Shown here: piece after piece, positions 58,528 to 64,000 of the stretch
Position numbering within the stretch: the first letter of the stretch is position 1
Layout of the letters: the number at the start of each line of letters is the position of its first letter
Assembly: GCA_944389385.1 (NCBI GenBank)
Contig: CALXMC010000002.1
Span: 15,353 to 79,352 of the forward strand
Origin: an uncultured Alphaproteobacteria bacterium
Lineage (GTDB): Bacteria > Pseudomonadota > Alphaproteobacteria > Rs-D84
Direction: 5' to 3'
DNA: 64,000 bases
The notes under the pieces: model-generated
Databases searched by the model: none
What the model was told of the DNA's origin: nothing
What the model saw: the letters and a program-made list of their open reading frames with translations, nothing else
Translations under genes and position numbers: made by a program

Positions 58528-58545
58528 AAAAGGCAACGCAACAAA

Positions 58546-58920
58546 TTATTTTGTCGCCGCTTTGCGGGATTCAACCTTTTTCACCAAACGGGCACTGCGA
58601 TTCGCTTTGTGTGCCGGTTTCTTTGCCGGTTTTTCAGGTTTTCCGATTTTTTTGTTAATAGCCTTTTTAATCGCCGCCATTTCCGGTGTTAAACGGGACG
58701 GTGATTTTGACATTACGTACGCATCCAGACCGCCGTGTTTGGTCAATGTACGCAGACCGGCCGTCGAAATACGCAGCGAAAAATCACGATTCAAAATATC
58801 GCTGTGAAATTTTAATTTTTGCAAATTCGGTAAAAATGTACGCTTTGTATGACGTTCGGAATGCGATACGTTCATACCAACCTGTGTTTTCTTACCTGTT
58901 ACTTTACATACGCGTGGCAT
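58546..58920 (-). CDS. rpmB: 50S ribosomal protein L28 with basic C-terminal extension
   Basis: MPRVCKVTGK...GMNVSHSERHTKRTFLPNL, HGGLDAY. Confidence 0.95.
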   Translation of the reverse strand: MPRVCKVTGKKTQVGMNVSHSERHTKRTFLPNLQKLKFHSDILNRDFSLRISTAGLRTLTKHGGLDAYVMSKSPSRLTPEMAAIKKAINKKIGKPEKPAKKPAHKANRSARLVKKVESRKAATK

Positions 58921-59079
58921 ATTATAATCCTTTGATAACTGGGGCATAATTTATACCACAATTCCCAAAAAGTCAAGAATTGTTTTGTTTTTTATTATGC
59001 CGCAGCAGTTCGCGCATTATATCACAGTTTTTTTCAAATTGCAATATGGGATAAAAAATCAATGTTTTGATTCCTGTGT

Positions 59080-59107
59080 CTTGAAAATGGGCAAAATGCT
59101 ACTATAT
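59080..59107 (+). promoter_or_regulatory. Putative RpoH (sigma32)-type promoter of clpB
   Basis: CTTGAA-N15-ACTATAT resembles the alphaproteobacterial heat-shock consensus CTTGAA...CCTATAT. Confidence 0.45.
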
Positions 59108-59136
59108 ATAGTGAAAAATAAAGGAGATTTTGAAAC

Positions 59137-61194
59137 ATGAATCCAGAAGAAATGCAAGAAACCCCAGATCAGGCGATTGCAAAATATACGACTGATTTTA
59201 CCAAATTGGCGGCGGATGGCAAACTGGACCCGGTTATCGGGCGCGATGAAGAAATTCGTCGTACCATCCAGGTTTTATCCCGTCGTACAAAAAATAATCC
59301 TGTGCTGATTGGAAATCCGGGTGTTGGTAAAACCGCAATAGTCGAGGGACTGGCCGAACGAATCGTTTCGCGCGATGTGCCTGAAAATTTATTGAATAAA
59401 AAATTGCTGTCGTTGGATATGGGGGCGTTGATGGCGGGCGCGATGTTTCGCGGTCAATTCGAAGGCCGTTTCAAGGCGATATTAAAGGCTGTCAAAGATT
59501 CCGATGGGCAAATCATTTTGTTCATAGACGAACTGCATACGTTGGTTGGCGCCGGCAAAGGTGAAGGCAGCATGGATGCGGGAAATTTAATAAAGCCAAT
59601 GTTGGCGCGTGGCGAATTGCACTGTTTGGGTGCAACCACGTTGGACGAATATCGGCAATATATTGAAAAAGATCCTGCGTTGGCGCGCAGGTTCCAGCCT
59701 GTTTATGTTGATGAGCCGACCGTTGATGATACGATTTCAATTCTGCGTGGGTTAAAGGAAAAGTACGAAGGTCATCATGGTGTGCGTATTTCTGATGCGG
59801 CATTGGTGTCCGCCGTGCGGTTATCGAATCGGTATATCACAGACAGGTTTTTGCCCGATAAAGCAATCGATTTGATTGACGAGGCCGCCGCCCGCGTGCG
59901 TATCGAGGTTGCGTCAAAGCCTGAAAAATTGGACGAAGTCGATCGGCATTTGATGCAATTGAAAATCGAGCAGCAGGCGTTGAAAAAAGAAAAAGACGAA
60001 GATTCAAAAAAACGGCTGAAAGAATTGGAATCTGTTATCAAGGAAACCGAGGCAGAATCGGCCAAATTGACCGCTGATTGGCGCGCCGAGCAAGAAAAAA
60101 TGCGCGGGCTGTCCGATGCGATGGCCGCGTTGGATGCCGCCAAGGCCGAAGTTGCCAGTGCAATGCGCAATGGCGATTATGAAAAAGCGTCTGCGTTGCA
60201 ATATGGCAAGATTCCAGAATTGGAACAAAAAATACAGCAAATGAACGCGGATGCGCGCGAATATAAAACTGTGTTGCCGGAACATATTGCCGCCGTGGTC
60301 AGTAAATGGACTGGTGTGCCGGCCGATAAGTTAAGCATGGAAGAGCAGTCAAAACTGTTAAACATCGAAGACGAATTGCGCAAACGTGTCGTTGGCCAGG
60401 ATCATGCGTTATCCGTTGTGGCGCGTGCGATTCGTCGCAGTCGGGCGGGGCTGTCCGATCCGCATCGTCCGTCGGGCAGTTTTATGTTCTTGGGGCCGAC
60501 GGGTGTTGGCAAGACCGAGGTTGCCAAAGCGTTGGCTGAATATTTGTTCAATGATGAAACGGCCATGACGCGCATAGATATGAGTGAGTATATGGAACCG
60601 CATTCTGTGTCGCGCTTAATCGGCAGTCCCCCGGGATACGTTGGTTACGAGCAGGGCGGTGTTTTGACCGAAAGCGTGCGCCGTCGCCCGTATCAGGTTT
60701 TGTTGTTCGACGAAATCGAAAAAGCAAATCCAGATGTGTTTAATGTGTTTTTGCAAATACTGGACGATGGGCGTTTGACCGATGGCCAGGGGCACGTTGT
60801 GAATTTCACGAATACCATTATTATAATGACCAGTAATTTGCCTGATATGGATGCTGTGAAAAAACAATTCCGTCCCGAGTTTATAAATCGTATTGACGAA
60901 ATTGTATTCTTTAATCCGTTGGGCAAAGACGTTATGGCGGGTATCGTTAAAATCCAGTTGCGCAATCTGGAAAATCGTTTGGCGGAACGTCGGATAAGTT
61001 TGAATGTGTCGGACAAGGCGATTAAGTGGTTGGGCGATAATGGATACGATCCTGTGTTTGGCGCGCGGCCATTGAAAAGACTGATTACGTCCGCGGTCGA
61101 AGACAAAATCGCAGATTTGATTTTGTCTGGTACAGTGGGCGAGGGCAGTACGGTTTTTGTCGATGTCCAGGGCAAAGATTTAATTGTCAAATAA
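59137..61194 (+). CDS. clpB: ClpB disaggregase lacking the N-terminal domain
   Basis: AAGGAG RBS; [15 protein letters not shown], two Walker A motifs ([16 protein letters not shown]), long middle coiled coil, FGARPLKR; 685 aa. Confidence 0.92.
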   Translation: MNPEEMQETPDQAIAKYTTDFTKLAADGKLDPVIGRDEEIRRTIQVLSRRTKNNPVLIGNPGVGKTAIVEGLAERIVSRDVPENLLNKKLLSLDMGALMAGAMFRGQFEGRFKAILKAVKDSDGQIILFIDELHTLVGAGKGEGSMDAGNLIKPMLARGELHCLGATTLDEYRQYIEKDPALARRFQPVYVDEPTVDDTISILRGLKEKYEGHHGVRISDAALVSAVRLSNRYITDRFLPDKAIDLIDEAAARVRIEVASKPEKLDEVDRHLMQLKIEQQALKKEKDEDSKKRLKELESVIKETEAESAKLTADWRAEQEKMRGLSDAMAALDAAKAEVASAMRNGDYEKASALQYGKIPELEQKIQQMNADAREYKTVLPEHIAAVVSKWTGVPADKLSMEEQSKLLNIEDELRKRVVGQDHALSVVARAIRRSRAGLSDPHRPSGSFMFLGPTGVGKTEVAKALAEYLFNDETAMTRIDMSEYMEPHSVSRLIGSPPGYVGYEQGGVLTESVRRRPYQVLLFDEIEKANPDVFNVFLQILDDGRLTDGQGHVVNFTNTIIIMTSNLPDMDAVKKQFRPEFINRIDEIVFFNPLGKDVMAGIVKIQLRNLENRLAERRISLNVSDKAIKWLGDNGYDPVFGARPLKRLITSAVEDKIADLILSGTVGEGSTVFVDVQGKDLIVK

Positions 61195-61218
61195 AAACGG
61201 GGCATTGCCCCGTTTTTT
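61193..61218. terminator. Bidirectional intrinsic terminator
   Basis: aaaaacggggc-att-gccccgtttttt. Confidence 0.8.
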
Positions 61219-62950
61219 ATTTCTGATTATCCATTACAAATCGACGCATTTGTGCAATTTTTTTCATGCGTTCTGTTTCCAGATATACTTTGGCATTATT
61301 GCTTAATTCCAATATTGCCGTGCCGTCCGATGTATTTGTTATTCCGTTGGCATAAATATTGTACTGGGAATGCTTTTGTTTGTATTCAGGAATGCGCGAA
61401 CGTAAATTTGTGTCATACACCATCCATGTCGGAATTTCTGGATATTTTGGATTATTCACAATTGTTCCGTGTATTGCCAAAATCGTGTTACTGCACAGCA
61501 ATTTGATTTGTGTATCAACGTGATTGCCAATAAATTTTACACCGTTGATGTAAATATCATTGTAAGTGCCATCCAGTGTGGTTTTTATTGGCTTTATGGT
61601 TACGGTTATGTTTTGATATTGTATGGCGTTGGCGTTTTTGCGCACAATTTCCGGGGTGGTAACTGGCTCGTTATGCAAAATATGATGCAATAAATTGTTT
61701 TGGCGCGCTATGTTATCGGGTGTTGCGACTTGCATCAAATTGCATCGAAATTCATTGCCAGATTTGTTTATAATAACAGTATTGCTTGGTGTGGTGCGTG
61801 CCTTGATTTGGGGCGTGTTCATTGGCATAGAATACACTTGTTCGGTTATGTCGCCGTCTGAAATAGCGGTAAATTTACGTGACGAAGCGCGCGACATATA
61901 TATCTTGTGCAAATGTGGTTCGTATCCAACGGATGTCAGACCCGATTTTGAAAATGGCACAACGGTATGGTTGGTTATGTCAATCACATACAGGTTGAAT
62001 ATGTTGTCGTCTTTTTTCTTGCGTACGATGGCGAAGTTTGTTTTGCTGTCGAACAAACATAAATCGTATGGTGCGACCGCACCGGTCAGTATTGGAAAAC
62101 CACTGTTTTGATTGGCGGTGTACAAGTTAAACGTTCCGTTTTCTGTTGCTTTGCAGTACATTGGCAAATGAACAACAGTTGGTTTTTCGCAATGTGGTGC
62201 GGTGGTCTGGGGGCTTTTTTTATGCGACACGCGACGGAATGAATGTGTCGCAGAATCGTAATTTGAAAAGCGTCGTGCCAATTCAGCATCCAATGCGGAC
62301 GGGATTTCTGTGCCGGATGATTTATAACGTACCAGTATTGTACGCAGCGATGTATCGCGCATTTGGGCGAATCGTTCGGCGCGCTGTTTTGTTTCTGGGT
62401 GCGCAATGCGACCACGTTTGAATGTTCGTGTTGTGGGATTATAACTGGGGAAACGACGTGCCAATTCGGTGCTTAATTCATCATCTATTGGGGCGCCTGA
62501 TTTTTTTGTTCGCCAATAAATTTGACGCAGACGGAAATCAGACAATTTAGACAAAGGTGTATTGCCAAATGTTTCTGTTTCGCGGTTGTATCCTGGGAAA
62601 CGTTTAACCAATTCATCATTTAACGCATCGCTGATTTTGATGCCCATTTTTTTGCGACGTATCTGTGCGTGACGCAGACTTTCGTTTGATGATTTCGACC
62701 AATCTGGTTCGGTTGTTTTTCTTTTGGCGTGTGCCGATTCGCTGTCGCGTTGTGTTAATGCGTTGTGTGGCAGTTTGTTTAACGCACTTATTACAAAATT
62801 CATTGTTACTTTTTTTGTGATTGCGTCGGACAAGTTCGCAGCCGTGCGCTGGAAATCACGAAAAGCCGCCGCCACAGTTTCGTCGCTTAAAATTTTTTCA
62901 GCCAATTGTTCCAGAAACTGTTCCGGTACAGAATTTGTTTTTTTGGACAT
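61217..62950 (-). CDS. Hypothetical basic protein with three internal repeats of about 47 aa
   Basis: 577-aa ORF with AAGGA RBS; repeats ending ELVKRFPGYN, ELARRFPSYN, ELARRFSNYD. Confidence 0.8.
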   Translation of the reverse strand: MSKKTNSVPEQFLEQLAEKILSDETVAAAFRDFQRTAANLSDAITKKVTMNFVISALNKLPHNALTQRDSESAHAKRKTTEPDWSKSSNESLRHAQIRRKKMGIKISDALNDELVKRFPGYNRETETFGNTPLSKLSDFRLRQIYWRTKKSGAPIDDELSTELARRFPSYNPTTRTFKRGRIAHPETKQRAERFAQMRDTSLRTILVRYKSSGTEIPSALDAELARRFSNYDSATHSFRRVSHKKSPQTTAPHCEKPTVVHLPMYCKATENGTFNLYTANQNSGFPILTGAVAPYDLCLFDSKTNFAIVRKKKDDNIFNLYVIDITNHTVVPFSKSGLTSVGYEPHLHKIYMSRASSRKFTAISDGDITEQVYSMPMNTPQIKARTTPSNTVIINKSGNEFRCNLMQVATPDNIARQNNLLHHILHNEPVTTPEIVRKNANAIQYQNITVTIKPIKTTLDGTYNDIYINGVKFIGNHVDTQIKLLCSNTILAIHGTIVNNPKYPEIPTWMVYDTNLRSRIPEYKQKHSQYNIYANGITNTSDGTAILELSNNAKVYLETERMKKIAQMRRFVMDNQK

Positions 62951-63069
62951 ATCTTTATCCTTGTATTGTAATTATTGTGAATACACGTTAATACAAAATA
63001 CGTATTTTGTCAAGTTTTGTAATGGTATTTTTTATGGGGCGTTTTGCCCCATAATCAGATTTTGTCGTG

Positions 63070-64000
63070 TTATTTTTGTTTTTTTTCTTTGAATTGGATA
63101 TCGCGCAGTTTTTTATATTCGCCGTCCAATGCGACCAATTCCGCATCGGTTCCGCGTTCTATGATTTGACCGTCTTTGACCACGCATATAATGTCTGCGT
63201 CCAAAATGGTTGATAATCTGTGCGCGATTACGAATGTTGTGCGTCCGCGCATCAGTTTATTCAGCGCAGATTGAATCAGTTTTTCGCTTTGCGTGTCCAG
63301 TGCGGATGTGGCCTCGTCCAATAACAGGATGGGTGCGTCTTTTAATATCGCACGTGCGATGGCGATACGCTGTTTTTGACCGCCGGACAGCAATGCGCCG
63401 CCTTCGCCGACTTTGGATTTATATTTGCGCGGGAATGACATAATAAAATCGTGTGCGTTTGCGGCGCGCGCGGCGGCCTGGATTTGTTCGGTCGTGGCGT
63501 CGGGGCATCCGTATTTGATGTTGTCCTCGATTGTGCCGTTGAATAAAAACACGTCTTGGGAAACATCGGCAATATTTTTGCGCAGAGAATGCAGCGTGAA
63601 TTTTTTAATGTCTTTGTTGTTGATTTCGATTTTTCCGTGTTGCGGTTCGTAAAAACGTTCAATCAAATTGAACATAGTCGTTTTTCCGCCACCCGATGGT
63701 CCAACCAGTGCGCATACTTTTCCGGCCGGCACGTTCAAATCTATGTTGCGTAATATCGGTTCGCCCGGGATGTATTCAAAAGACACATTGTCGAACTTAA
63801 TCGACATCGGGCCCGATTTTAATTCAGTCGCGCCCGGTGCATCCATAATATCCGGTTTGCTGTCCAAGAAGTTGAACAAAACCTCGGCTGCAAGCAAGCC
63901 GTGTTGCACAGTATTGCCCGTGCCGGTTATCGCCTTGGCCGGTTTATAAGCCGCGGTTAATGCCAACAAGAACGCCGTGAAATCACCGGTTGTAATCGCG
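63070..64000 (-). CDS. ABC transporter permease/ATPase (MsbA-like), 5'-partial
   Basis: GPSGGGKTT, LSGGQKQRIAIARA, LLLDEATSALD, IAHRLST; TM remnant ITTGDFTAFLLAL..AYKPAK. Confidence 0.9.
   Translation of the reverse strand, partial: AITTGDFTAFLLALTAAYKPAKAITGTGNTVQHGLLAAEVLFNFLDSKPDIMDAPGATELKSGPMSIKFDNVSFEYIPGEPILRNIDLNVPAGKVCALVGPSGGGKTTMFNLIERFYEPQHGKIEINNKDIKKFTLHSLRKNIADVSQDVFLFNGTIEDNIKYGCPDATTEQIQAAARAANAHDFIMSFPRKYKSKVGEGGALLSGGQKQRIAIARAILKDAPILLLDEATSALDTQSEKLIQSALNKLMRGRTTFVIAHRLSTILDADIICVVKDGQIIERGTDAELVALDGEYKKLRDIQFKEKKQK

Overview
Chromosomal window from an alphaproteobacterium (CcrM-type methyltransferase, alphaproteobacterial housekeeping genes). The gene repertoire suggests a host- or gut-associated uncultured lineage such as Rs-D84/'Ca. 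Enterousia'; this is inference and was not searched. Housekeeping genes (rplQ, grpE, tpiA, ppiD-like, infA, rpsF-rpsR-rplI, recO, dsbA-like, ccrM, nrdR, slt-like, rnhB, pgk, clpPX, rpmB, clpB, msbA-like, tRNA-Gln, tRNA-Leu) are interleaved with about ten large, secreted, very cysteine-rich proteins of unknown function, at least six of them clear paralogs. The main observation is two independent loci with the same architecture. In each, a complete gene with promoter and signal peptide sits in inverted orientation to a 5'-truncated but open 'cassette' paralog, and the two share near-identical DNA blocks (locus 1: 910-6375; locus 2: 41496-45373, 232-bp inverted repeat). Inversion between the repeats would swap the C-terminal half of the secreted protein in frame, a candidate intragenic inversion or antigenic-variation system. 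No recombinase is visible in the window. Also present are six composite intergenic clusters of nested palindromic repeats, a Panacea-type toxin-antitoxin pair, an ankyrin/pseudo-subtilase/beta-barrel protein, a ClpB lacking its N-domain and a CcrM with a DAPY catalytic motif. All family assignments come from motif recognition by eye; no database search was run.
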